32,000 nucleotides of DNA from Pyrodictium delaneyi. Its GTDB lineage: Archaea > Thermoproteota > Thermoprotei_A > Sulfolobales > Pyrodictiaceae. Position numbers and translations under genes: made by a program. The stretch covers positions 1,620,001 through 1,652,000 of the forward strand of contig NZ_CP013011.1 in NCBI RefSeq assembly GCF_001412615.1, given 5' to 3'. The notes beneath the pieces are model-generated. The model made no database searches. It was not told where the DNA came from and was given only the letters and a program-made list of their open reading frames with translations. This document shows positions 17,831 to 26,397 of the stretch, one piece after another; position 1 is the stretch's first letter; each line of letters starts with the position of its first letter.

Positions 17831-18721
17831 ATGTTGCAGAAATGGAGAGTAGTCGGAATCCATCTACCAGGTAAGTCGAGAGGGATGACTAAGATGATAT
17901 TAGCATCGTGGAGGTCGCTAGCATGGATTATAAGACGTGCTGACGTCGTACTAGAGGTTGTAGATGCCCGAGACCCCATATCTACTCGGAGTAGGCGGTT
18001 AGAGCGAATGATTTCAAGTCTACAGAAGAAGCTGATAATAGTTATTAATAAGACCGATTTAGTGCCACGTGAGGTTGCTGAGAAGTGGAAGCGGATCTTC
18101 GAAGACCAGGGTTATAGGACGGTATATATGGCAGCTAGGGATCATAAAGGCACGAGGATCCTAAGAAGAGCTATAAGAGATGTTGTAGACATGTATCCGG
18201 CAATCGTTGCTGTCACGGGGTTCCCTAAGACAGGCAAATCTACTATAATAAACGCCTTGAAGGGACGACATAGTGCTTCCACGAGCCCAATACCAGGGAG
18301 CCCTGGCTATACAACTCATGCACAGCTGTACCGTATTGGCGAGAATCTGTACATGATAGACACGCCGGGAGTTATACCTGTAGAAGGTGGTCCTTTAGAG
18401 GCAGTGCTTCGTGGTCGTCCGCCGGAACAGCTGCGCGATCCAGTGCGTCCCGCTGTTATGTTGCTTGAGAAAGCGTTACGATATAACCCTAGGGCTGTCA
18501 AGGATGCCTATGGGATAGATGAGACAGACCCATACAAGATACTTGAACTTATAGCTCTCAAACGTGGTTGGAGATATAAGAGTGATGGCGAACCGTTGAT
18601 AGAAGAAGCGGCAAGAGCGGTAATTCGCGATTACCATACTGGGAAGCTTCTATTCTACGTGCCACCGGAAGAATATGTTGCAAAACGTATACATCATTGG
18701 GGTAAGAGCCGAGCATTATAG
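17831..18721 (+). CDS. Circularly permuted GTPase (YlqF/RbgA / Lsg1-like ribosome-biogenesis type)
   Basis: The G4 motif NKTDL precedes G1 GFPKTGKST and G3 DTPG, which is the permuted order. DVVLEVVDARDP is typical of this family. The start at ATG 17831 was chosen from TATA spacing. The ORF-track start at 17765 would overlap polB. Confidence 0.8.
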   Translation: MLQKWRVVGIHLPGKSRGMTKMILASWRSLAWIIRRADVVLEVVDARDPISTRSRRLERMISSLQKKLIIVINKTDLVPREVAEKWKRIFEDQGYRTVYMAARDHKGTRILRRAIRDVVDMYPAIVAVTGFPKTGKSTIINALKGRHSASTSPIPGSPGYTTHAQLYRIGENLYMIDTPGVIPVEGGPLEAVLRGRPPEQLRDPVRPAVMLLEKALRYNPRAVKDAYGIDETDPYKILELIALKRGWRYKSDGEPLIEEAARAVIRDYHTGKLLFYVPPEEYVAKRIHHWGKSRAL

Positions 18722-18729
18722 GTGGGCAT

Positions 18730-18766
18730 CTCGGAAATGTGTATAGCCTAAGCTTCCTCGGAAATG
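18730..18766 (+). repeat. 10-nt direct repeat CTCGGAAATG (18730-18739 and 18757-18766)
   Basis: Exact repeat read from the sequence in the 172-bp spacer between the GTPase gene and the THEP1-like gene. Confidence 0.5.
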
Positions 18767-18893
18767 GTCTATTTAGACAGATCTTCTCGTAGCCTACGTA
18801 CATTGTTGGAGACGAAAGCTTCTAAGAAGCCACTTAGCGGTGAACAAGGCATCCTAGAGCCCGGCTTCTCTCGTCTTTTAGCGGTGGGGTAGC

Positions 18894-19424
18894 ATGCTAC
18901 GCTACGTGATAGTTACTGGTAGGCCAGGCGTGGGCAAGACTACTCTCGTACGTAGGGTTGTCGACAAGCTTCATGAAGATGGTTACAATATTGTAGGCTT
19001 CTTCTGTCCGGAAGTTCGCCGTGGGGGCAGACGTATAGGCTTCAAAATAGTAAGCCTTGACGGTAAACTAGAGGCCTGGCTAGCTAAAACAGAGAATTGT
19101 GATGGTCCGCGTGTAGGCCGTTATAACACATGCCGGGAGGCAGAAGATGTTGCAAGAAGTGTCCTAGAACGGTTGGACGAAGCAAGCCTAGTAGTGATAG
19201 ATGAAATAGGTCCAATGGAGCTTAAACTAATGGGAGTTCGTGAAGCCATATTACGCGTACTCCGTTCCGAGAAACCAGGGCTCTTTGTAGTCCATGAAAG
19301 GTTATCGGACAGAGAGATTCTGCCATTGCTCCAAAGATATGGAAATTGGTACCGCGTCACTGTCGAGAATAGGGATGCCCTTGTAGACGAGGTGTATAGT
19401 CGCGTAATAGCCCTCCTGAGCTAG
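18894..19424 (+). CDS. Nucleoside-triphosphatase, THEP1 family
   Basis: The N-terminal P-loop VTGRPGVGKTT, Walker B VVIDEIGPME and a size of about 176 aa match THEP1/NTPase family proteins. Confidence 0.85.
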   Translation: MLRYVIVTGRPGVGKTTLVRRVVDKLHEDGYNIVGFFCPEVRRGGRRIGFKIVSLDGKLEAWLAKTENCDGPRVGRYNTCREAEDVARSVLERLDEASLVVIDEIGPMELKLMGVREAILRVLRSEKPGLFVVHERLSDREILPLLQRYGNWYRVTVENRDALVDEVYSRVIALLS

Positions 19425-19493
19425 AGCCAGGCGGAGAGAACTATGTAGGTGAGCAAACCTATAGCTGAATTTTACCTCTAGTGTGTTAGCATT

Positions 19494-19596
19494 GCGGAAT
19501 CGGGGCGGGATGCCCGTGCGTTCCAGCGCTGACGCCGCCCGGGGGCAGTGATGTAGCTTGCTGTAACTTCCGCCCCCGGGTACCGCCCGTTGCCGC
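19494..19596. ncRNA. Unassigned GC-rich structured element; candidate small RNA, strand unknown
   Basis: A terminal stem pairs GCGG 19494-19497 with CCGC 19593-19596. CGGGGCGG 19501-19508 pairs with CCGCCCG 19583-19589. A perfect 9-bp stem pairs CCCGGGGGC 19538-19546 with GCCCCCGGG 19572-19580 around a 25-nt loop. GC is about 70%. The antisense ORFs listed here look like artefacts. Confidence 0.3.
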
Positions 19597-19604
19597 ATAT
19601 AAAT
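19597..19604 (+). promoter_or_regulatory. TATA-like box (ATATAAAT) upstream of ORF 19643
   Basis: An A/T octamer immediately after the GC-rich element, about 40 nt upstream of the GTG at 19643. Confidence 0.3.
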
Positions 19605-19642
19605 GCTTAAACGGGCCAGGTCTCTGCACGGCTGGCTGGGGT

Positions 19643-19936
19643 GTGGCTGGAGTGAGCGAGAAGTGTCGCGAGTACATAATACCTGTCGGGGAGAAGCAGA
19701 TATTCATCACGCCGCAGATACTTGAGGTCATACATGAGTACTTGCACAGGCCTATGGGCCTCGAGGAGCTAGCTAAGAAGCTCGGTCTTGAGACCTGGGA
19801 GGAGGCTTATGAGTTCATAAAGCGTGTGCCGGCATGGATAATGTGGATGCCAATAAACATGTGGCGTATGAGGCTTGAGAAGGAGGGCTGTCTAGAGCTT
19901 TTTGAGTCATCCTCTGAGACGGCTGGTGAGGCGTAG
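19643..19936 (+). CDS. Hypothetical small protein (97 aa)
   Basis: ORF with a GTG start and balanced helical composition (LEELAKKLGLETWEEAYEFIKRVP), with a Trp/Met-rich segment. No family recognised. Confidence 0.45.
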   Translation: MAGVSEKCREYIIPVGEKQIFITPQILEVIHEYLHRPMGLEELAKKLGLETWEEAYEFIKRVPAWIMWMPINMWRMRLEKEGCLELFESSSETAGEA

Positions 19937-20108
19937 GCGGCCTGCTATCAACTCCTTCTACGATTCTCGGGCTGTGCTAGATATTAGAGAAGAGTATGCT
20001 ACACGCTGCTTGCATAAGACATAGCAATTGATAGATGATATGATTGAGCATAGTGATGGTACAGGTCTGGACCCGGAAAAGCAGGGATCCAGGATGCCGG
20101 ACTTTTGC

Positions 20109-22208
20109 CTACCTTACTATAGCGTAGCAGCCGAGGCTCTTTTCGTATATTATGCCGTCTCTACGGAAGCTGCGTATGGCTTCCTCAACGAGGCTTGACT
20201 CTATTCCTTCGCTTGCAGCTCTCTTCTGTATCTCTCTTAGCCTTGCACATCCCTCCTCGCTCTCGCTTTCGAGCTCCTCGATTATCTCCATAATTCTTGT
20301 GAGCTTCTCTTGCTTGCTCCTAGGTTTGCCTGTCATTATCACATCTATGTCTATCCTACCGCTCTCTATGTCCATTCCACTACTCTCAAGGAATGTCTTC
20401 ATGAGTCTTATTGCGGCCTCAGCGTCTTCTCGTGTTACCTCAGTGCGTAGGGCCATCTTTGCATGTGCCTCGGCTAGACGTATAAGCGCCTCCAGCTGGC
20501 GTGCTGTTATGGCTATGGGGCCTTCGGGGTTTTCACTGCTCATGCGACGCATCTCTACATAGAAGTCCTCTATTAGCTTGCTTGCCTCTGGCGTCAGTCT
20601 TGGTCTTATGTATCTACGTGCATAGCTTATGTATTTCTTGAGCAGCGATGGGTCTATCTCTGGCTTTATACGCTCTGTCTCCCTGTGAACCTCGAGAACG
20701 TGTCTTGCTAGTTTTCGGTCTTCCTCGGGACTGGGCCGGTCCTTGAGTATAAATATGAGATCGAAACGGGACAATATAGTGACTGGTAGGTTTATATTAT
20801 CTGCAAGAGTGCGGTTAGTTAGATAACGGCCGAACTTGGGGTTGCCTGCGGCAATCACTGTTGTTCTGGCATTCAGCTTGGCTACTATGCCAGCCTTAGC
20901 TATGCTTACGGTTTGCTGCTCCATTGCCTCGTGTATAGCTACTCTATCCTCGTCCCTCATCTTGTCTATCTCGTCTATCGCTGCTACTCCACCGTCGGCG
21001 AGTACTAGTGCGCCAGCTTCTAGGTAGTATTCTCCGGTCGTTTTGTCGCGTATCACTGCTGCAGTCAAGCCGGCAGCGGTTGCTCCCTTACCAGTTGTGT
21101 AGATACCTCGTGGGGCAATTCTTGCAGCATACTGGAGGAGTTGGCTCTTTGCAGTACCCGGGTCACCTACTATGAGTACGTGTATGTCGCCGCGTATCCT
21201 TACACCGTCCTCAGTCACCTTCGGGACGCCGCCGAAGAGCGCTAGCGCTATAGCCTCCTTTATGTCCCAATGGCCATAGATAGCTGGGGCTATGCTCGCT
21301 ATTATCCTTTTGCGAACCCATGGATCCTTGGCTAGTGCTCTTATTCTTTCCTCGTCTTCACGTGTTATGACTACCTCTTCTAGGATCTTTTGTGATACCT
21401 CTATGTGGTTGGCCTCTATGTATAGGTCGTAGACTGCGCGCTTCTTTGATATCGAATCTGGCCTAACCCTGACGATGCCCACGATGCTTACTCTATCGCC
21501 AGGCCTAGCACTATCTACTAGCTCGTCCTGCAGTACTACCTCTATGCTTCTTGGTAGCTGGCCTGGGGGTACTTCCTCGGGCCTCTCTTGTAGCACGATT
21601 CGCTGCCAATCTATTAGCTTAGATTCCTCTGGTAATAGGCGGAAGGTGCCACTAGAAGAGCCACACACAGGGCATGCAGGCGGGCGCTCAAGGATATCGC
21701 CTACAAGTTCGCCTTCCGGAGGCCAGTCGAACTTGTGGCAACCGTGTTCTCGAGTGCAGTGCATGAATCGGGCCTTGACTATCTTCTCTTTCACGGGGGT
21801 TGTTCTAACTAGTATACCTTCAAGCATTACAAGTTTTCCGAGATATTCGCTTCTCAGCCTTCTAAGCGGTACTACTCTCGGAAGCGCACGTATACGTACA
21901 TAGAACCTATCAATGGACTCGGCATAATCTGGTGCTTCGTGTAGGACTATCTCCTTAACTGCCTCGCTGGCCTGCTGGAGTACCTCGTCCGGCTTCTCTA
22001 TGAGCAGTCTTGCTAATCTATTGTCAAAGAGGTAAAGGTCGTTATAGTCTATTATTAGGCTCTTCTGGCCCATTGTTATCATTTGTTTTATACGTTCACG
22101 GTACTTGTATGAACCGTTACGGTCGCGGAAACTCCGCACGAACTCGTAGAACTTCTCATGTACATCTACTATCTGCTCTTGCTCAAGCTCAGCTGACAGC
22201 GTCGTCAT
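20109..22208 (-). CDS. mcm: MCM replicative helicase
   Basis: N-terminal zinc motif (H-x4-C ... CPVC), Walker A GDPGTAKSQ, Walker B AAIDEIDKM, arginine finger SRFDLIF, C-terminal wH. 699 aa, no intein. Confidence 0.97.
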   Translation of the reverse strand: MTTLSAELEQEQIVDVHEKFYEFVRSFRDRNGSYKYRERIKQMITMGQKSLIIDYNDLYLFDNRLARLLIEKPDEVLQQASEAVKEIVLHEAPDYAESIDRFYVRIRALPRVVPLRRLRSEYLGKLVMLEGILVRTTPVKEKIVKARFMHCTREHGCHKFDWPPEGELVGDILERPPACPVCGSSSGTFRLLPEESKLIDWQRIVLQERPEEVPPGQLPRSIEVVLQDELVDSARPGDRVSIVGIVRVRPDSISKKRAVYDLYIEANHIEVSQKILEEVVITREDEERIRALAKDPWVRKRIIASIAPAIYGHWDIKEAIALALFGGVPKVTEDGVRIRGDIHVLIVGDPGTAKSQLLQYAARIAPRGIYTTGKGATAAGLTAAVIRDKTTGEYYLEAGALVLADGGVAAIDEIDKMRDEDRVAIHEAMEQQTVSIAKAGIVAKLNARTTVIAAGNPKFGRYLTNRTLADNINLPVTILSRFDLIFILKDRPSPEEDRKLARHVLEVHRETERIKPEIDPSLLKKYISYARRYIRPRLTPEASKLIEDFYVEMRRMSSENPEGPIAITARQLEALIRLAEAHAKMALRTEVTREDAEAAIRLMKTFLESSGMDIESGRIDIDVIMTGKPRSKQEKLTRIMEIIEELESESEEGCARLREIQKRAASEGIESSLVEEAIRSFRRDGIIYEKSLGCYAIVR

Positions 22209-22314
22209 GGCTATGCTATACCTCGGTTCCGGCCCTAGACCAGCCTATGTAGCAGGTGTACCCCCTTAACCCTTCTTACACATGCAAGGTGTGGAGTGAA
22301 ACTATGGGAACACC

Positions 22315-22881
22315 CTAGTTTGACCGGGGTAATAGATGACGCCGCCAGAGTTCTATAGTCTTATAGAGTGTATCTAGTAGAGCAGACTCTTCGGGTGCAA
22401 GTTTTGATGATATTTCGGCCATACTGGTAGGGCTGCGGAGACTTTGCAGCATTATAAGTAGGCGCTTGTCAACTATCTCTAGGAGGTATTGGAGTGCTTT
22501 CTGTTTCTCTTCGAGCAGAATAGGGTTTAGTTCCCGTCTTACTCTATCCTCCAGGCTTCTTATGAACTCCTTGACATCCTGGTAGAAATTCTGCGGCAAA
22601 GGCTCTAGTTCGGCGGGTGTGCGTGCGCTTAATACGGAGAAGTGTACGCGGGCGATATCTTCTATGTTTATCGGTGATTCAGTAACCTCTGCTATGCCTT
22701 CGTGTGTAAGTGCCCTCGCTAGCCAGTAGGGGACCTCTATTTCTATGCCCTTCTGTAACTCTATGCGCTGACCGTCTAGTGTTAATGGTTTGTCGTCGCG
22801 GACAATCATTACTCTGACGGGGCGGAGCTTATACTCCATCTCTGATATTTTGAGTAATAGCTCGAGCTTACTCTTCAGCAA
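22315..22881 (-). CDS. GINS subunit, Gins23-like
   Basis: Sits immediately upstream of mcm on the same strand, as gins23-mcm does in Sulfolobus. It has a small N-terminal beta-type domain (LQKGIEIEVPYWLARAL) followed by a helical domain (B-then-A order). The start is TTG 22881 or ATG 22839. Confidence 0.65.
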   Translation of the reverse strand: MLKSKLELLLKISEMEYKLRPVRVMIVRDDKPLTLDGQRIELQKGIEIEVPYWLARALTHEGIAEVTESPINIEDIARVHFSVLSARTPAELEPLPQNFYQDVKEFIRSLEDRVRRELNPILLEEKQKALQYLLEIVDKRLLIMLQSLRSPTSMAEISSKLAPEESALLDTLYKTIELWRRHLLPRSN

Positions 22882-22914
22882 CGAGAAAGCCCAGCCTTAA
22901 TTGGCGAGACTGCC

Positions 22915-22924
22915 CTAATATAGG
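22915..22924. promoter_or_regulatory. Palindromic TATA-like element (CTAATATAGG) in the divergent gins / rfcS spacer
   Basis: The only A/T-rich element in the 89-bp divergent spacer, 34-43 nt from the gins TTG and 47-56 nt from the rfcS TTG. The rfcS start also has GGAGGAAGGAGG upstream. Confidence 0.3.
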
Positions 22925-22970
22925 CGTTAACTTGGTACAGCCACCGTATGGGAGGAAGGAGGATTAAGCC

Positions 22971-23957
22971 TTGGCCTCGAGTATTGCTGAACTACTCTGG
23001 GCGGAGAAGTACCGTCCCAGATCCCTCGACGAGATTGTGAACCAAGAAGAGATAGTTAGGAGGCTAAAGAAATTCGTTGAAGAAAAGAACATGCCGCATC
23101 TACTCTTCGTGGGGCCTCCGGGCACAGGAAAGACTACTGCAGCACATGCGCTGGCTCACGATCTTTATGGCGAAAACTATCTACAGTACATGTTGGAGCT
23201 AAATGCTAGTGACGAGCGAGGTATAGATACCATAAGGACGAAGGTAAAGGAGTTTGCTCGTAGCAGGACACCACCCAATGTGCCGTTCAAGATTGTGTTG
23301 CTAGATGAGGCCGACAATATGACAGCTGATGCACAGCAAGCCCTACGCCGCCTAATGGAAATGTATACGGTCTCTACGCGCTTCATACTTATTGCTAACT
23401 TTCCGAGCAAAATAATTGAGCCTATACAGTCACGTTGTGCTATATTTAGGTTCACACCGCTGAAGAAAGAAGATGTCATAGCTAGGCTTAAGTGGATATG
23501 TGAACAGGAGGGATGCAAGTATACCGAGGAAGGCCTTGAGACAATCTACGAGGTAAGCGAGGGCGATATGAGGAGGGCTATCAACATACTACAAGCAGCT
23601 GCGGCCCTTGGCACCGTAACGCCGGAGGTAGTGTACAAGGTAGTTGGGCTTGCACATCCTAAGGAGATTAGGGAGATAATCCGGCTAGCTCTTGAGGGCG
23701 AGTTTCTCAAAGCCAGAGAAAAACTTAGAGCACTAATGATAAATTATGGTCTAAGTGGAGTTGACGTCATCAAGCAGATACACAGGGAGATATTTGGCCA
23801 GGAGCTTAAGCTGCCCGAGGAAATAAGAGTAATGATAGCTGACTATACTGGCGAGATACAGTTTAGGCTAGTAGAGGGTGCTGATGACGAGATACAGCTA
23901 AATGCCTTCCTCGCATGGTTAACATTGTTAGGCCAAAAGCTCCGTAGCACATCTTGA
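22971..23957 (+). CDS. rfcS: Replication factor C small subunit
   Basis: WAEKYRP, Walker A GPPGTGKT, DEAD-like LDEADNMT and SRC motif (QSRCAIFRF). 328 aa, no intein. TTG start. Confidence 0.95.
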   Translation: MASSIAELLWAEKYRPRSLDEIVNQEEIVRRLKKFVEEKNMPHLLFVGPPGTGKTTAAHALAHDLYGENYLQYMLELNASDERGIDTIRTKVKEFARSRTPPNVPFKIVLLDEADNMTADAQQALRRLMEMYTVSTRFILIANFPSKIIEPIQSRCAIFRFTPLKKEDVIARLKWICEQEGCKYTEEGLETIYEVSEGDMRRAINILQAAAALGTVTPEVVYKVVGLAHPKEIREIIRLALEGEFLKAREKLRALMINYGLSGVDVIKQIHREIFGQELKLPEEIRVMIADYTGEIQFRLVEGADDEIQLNAFLAWLTLLGQKLRSTS

Positions 23958-24052
23958 TTTATTGTTTTTGCGTACCGTACTAGTGAGATAGAAGTTATCA
24001 GCGGACGTATTTTAATAGTGCATAGTGTCCGTCTTGAGAGAGGGACTAAGGT

Positions 24053-25510
24053 GTGGTAACAAGGAACTTACCATGGATTATAAAATATAGGCCACGTAGA
24101 GTAGAAGACGTAGTAGACCAGGAACAGGCAAAGGAGAAATTCATACCTTGGCTTAGGCAATGGTTACGAGGCCGGCCACCGGAGAAAAAAGCAGCGCTCT
24201 TCTATGGACCTGCAGGCGTAGGCAAGACTAGCCTTGTTGAAGCAGCAGCTCACGAGTATGGACTAGAACTTATAGAGATGAATGCCTCTGACTTTCGTCG
24301 ACGAGAAGATATAGAGAGAATAGCGAAAGTTGCGGCAACACAGTATAGTCTCTTTGGTCGCAAGAGAATAATACTACTTGACGAAGTAGACGGTATATCA
24401 GGCACAGCTGATAGGGGAGGACTCGACGCTATACTCGACCTCATTAATGTTACTAGGCACCCGATAGTGATGACTGCTAATGATCCATGGGATCAGAAAC
24501 TCCGTCCTCTCCGGGAGGCAGCGCTGATGATACCGTTCAATAGACTGTCTGAAAGGCATGTTGTGCAAGCATTGAAGAGAATATGTATAGCAGAAGGTAT
24601 TGAGTGTGAGGATGCAGCGTTAAAACTAATTGCACAGCGTGCGGAGGGAGATCTACGCTCAGCTATAAATGACTTGCAAGCTATAGCTGAGGGATATGGA
24701 AGAGTCACAGTAGACATAGTTAGGGGTGTACTGACTTCAAGGGATAGACAATACTCGCCATGGGAGATGTTACGGCATTTATTCATGTCTAAATATGCAT
24801 GGCAGGCAAAGAGGGCAGTTACACATGCAGATCTGGACTATGACACTATGTTGCAATGGCTTAACGAGAATATTGCCATACAGTATAGTGATCCAGAGGA
24901 TATATGGCGTGCCCACGAATCTCTGGCTCGTGCAGACATCTTTATGGGCAGGATAAGGAGAACGCAGTCATGGGATCTGTTATCGTATGTCTTCGACTTA
25001 GCGGGTCCAGGTATTGCTCTAGCTAGAAAGAAGAGCAAGTTCAAGTGGGCAAAGTATCAGTTTCCGCAGAAGATACTGTTGCTAGCACGTACCAAAGAGA
25101 CTAGGGAGGTAAGGGATGCTATAGCCGAAGTTCTCGCAAAAAGGCTACACATATCTAAGGCTAGAGCGAAAAGCGAAATAATTCCATTTCTTTCTATGAT
25201 CTTCCGTGAACGTCCAGACTATGCAGCTCGCATAGCCATAGGATACAACCTGACTGATAGTATGATAAAGTATTTGGCAGGTCCAGTTTATAACCAGGTA
25301 AAGGAGCACATTAACATGTTGCTGCTAAGGCTGGAAAGGGCAGCCAGCGCACCAGCTCGCACAAAAACAGCTGCCAACAAGAGTGTGCAACATGCAAGCG
25401 TTGCTGCCAGCACTAGCAGTAGTAGTTCAGTGAAACGCAAGAGTACTAGGAGGACGAGTTCCCGGCGTAGAAGAAAGGGTGGAGGTACTCAAACAACACT
25501 CCCTATATAG
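24053..25510 (+). CDS. rfcL: Replication factor C large subunit
   Basis: [18 protein letters not shown] and LLDEVDG, placed directly after rfcS. It has a Ser/Arg/Lys-rich C-terminal tail. GTG start. Confidence 0.9.
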   Translation: MVTRNLPWIIKYRPRRVEDVVDQEQAKEKFIPWLRQWLRGRPPEKKAALFYGPAGVGKTSLVEAAAHEYGLELIEMNASDFRRREDIERIAKVAATQYSLFGRKRIILLDEVDGISGTADRGGLDAILDLINVTRHPIVMTANDPWDQKLRPLREAALMIPFNRLSERHVVQALKRICIAEGIECEDAALKLIAQRAEGDLRSAINDLQAIAEGYGRVTVDIVRGVLTSRDRQYSPWEMLRHLFMSKYAWQAKRAVTHADLDYDTMLQWLNENIAIQYSDPEDIWRAHESLARADIFMGRIRRTQSWDLLSYVFDLAGPGIALARKKSKFKWAKYQFPQKILLLARTKETREVRDAIAEVLAKRLHISKARAKSEIIPFLSMIFRERPDYAARIAIGYNLTDSMIKYLAGPVYNQVKEHINMLLLRLERAASAPARTKTAANKSVQHASVAASTSSSSSVKRKSTRRTSSRRRRKGGGTQTTLPI

Positions 25511-25518
25511 CTATAGTA

Positions 25519-26010
25519 CTAGCTCCCTAACGGTGTTTCTGCCTTAATTTTGTTCTCAACGATTATTTTCTCTATAAGGGTCTCGGGATAGAGGCCTCTA
25601 TCGTCTTTTTCTATCTTTTTTACCATATCCCATACGTTGAGTAGAGCTACGCTGACAGCTGTCAGTGCTTCCATCTCGACACCGGTTCTCGCGATAGCTT
25701 TTACACGAGCCCTACACGCTACGTGCTCATCGTCCTCTATGAAACATTTTACATCAACGCTTGTTATCTCAATAGGGTGGCACATGGGTAGTAACTGAGG
25801 AGTTAACTTAGCAGCCTGAATACCGGCAATTGCTGCAACAGAGAGTGGATCCCCTTTCTCAATTTCACCTCTACGTATGAGATCTATTGTGGTTTTCTTT
25901 AATTTAATTCTACCATAAGCTACTGCTTCGCGGTAAATGGTGGGCTTCTGCGATATATCTATCATTTTTGGCCTAGAGGATGATAGGGCAGACATAGCAT
26001 TATACACCAT
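25519..26010 (-). CDS. moaC: Cyclic pyranopterin monophosphate synthase accessory protein MoaC
   Basis: MIDIS.K, KGDPLSVA.IAGI.AAK.T..L.PMCHP, TGVEMEAL and DM.K are the canonical MoaC blocks. The true start may be the internal ATG at 25995. Confidence 0.9.
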   Translation of the reverse strand: MVYNAMSALSSSRPKMIDISQKPTIYREAVAYGRIKLKKTTIDLIRRGEIEKGDPLSVAAIAGIQAAKLTPQLLPMCHPIEITSVDVKCFIEDDEHVACRARVKAIARTGVEMEALTAVSVALLNVWDMVKKIEKDDRGLYPETLIEKIIVENKIKAETPLGS

Positions 26011-26106
26011 AGACTGTCCAGGTGCAAAGAGGGTGCGACAAGGGCTCTAAATGTTATCCTAATGAGTTGTTTTTCTGACTTAGAGAATCATGATTTAATT
26101 TAGTGT

Positions 26107-26397
26107 CTACGATAAGTCTTCGAGACTCTTTAGCAGTTCTATTATTAACGCAGTCTTAGGATTGTCGTATCTTAGGCTAAAAAGTCTAAGTCTACCAATG
26201 CGTTGTTCTTCTACAAGGCCTAGTCTCTTCAGATCCTTGAGGTGTTGCTCTACAAGGCGGTGATGGAGGCCGGTATCCTTGACTATTCGTGTTATGTTCA
26301 ACTGGCCACTCCTTACGAGCGTATATATTATCTTTACTTTACCCTTGCTGCCGAGTAGCTCTGCTATCTGTTTATTTATATTGTTTATATTGCTCAC
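26107..26397 (-). CDS. Small winged-helix (ArsR-like) DNA-binding protein
   Basis: 96 aa with a helix-turn-helix plus wing pattern (LNITRIVKDTGLHHRLVEQHLKDLKRLGLVEE..GR.RLF.L). Its GTG start overlaps the orc1/cdc6 TGA stop (GTGA, 26394-26397). Confidence 0.75.
   Translation of the reverse strand: MSNINNINKQIAELLGSKGKVKIIYTLVRSGQLNITRIVKDTGLHHRLVEQHLKDLKRLGLVEEQRIGRLRLFSLRYDNPKTALIIELLKSLEDLS

Noticed and set aside
20020-20080. C/D-box-like strings (GATGATA .. GTGATGG .. CTGG) in the spacer downstream of mcm
   Set aside because: The boxes are non-canonical, there is no CTGA D box, the spacing is wrong and there is no terminal stem.
20152-21903. Antisense ORFs inside mcm (20152..20562, 20836..21027, 21475..21903), and similar ones inside pheS, pheT, tyrS, dnaG and polB
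   Set aside because: They are Ser/Leu/Thr/Arg-rich with low-complexity composition, which is typical of the reverse complement of Glu/Lys/Arg-rich thermophile genes. Each is fully nested in a strongly supported gene.
15370-25510. Inteins in PolB, MCM or RFC, which are common in hyperthermophile replication genes
   Set aside because: All four proteins have canonical lengths (803, 699, 328 and 485 aa) and uninterrupted catalytic motifs. No Cys/Ser...HN splice junction blocks were seen.
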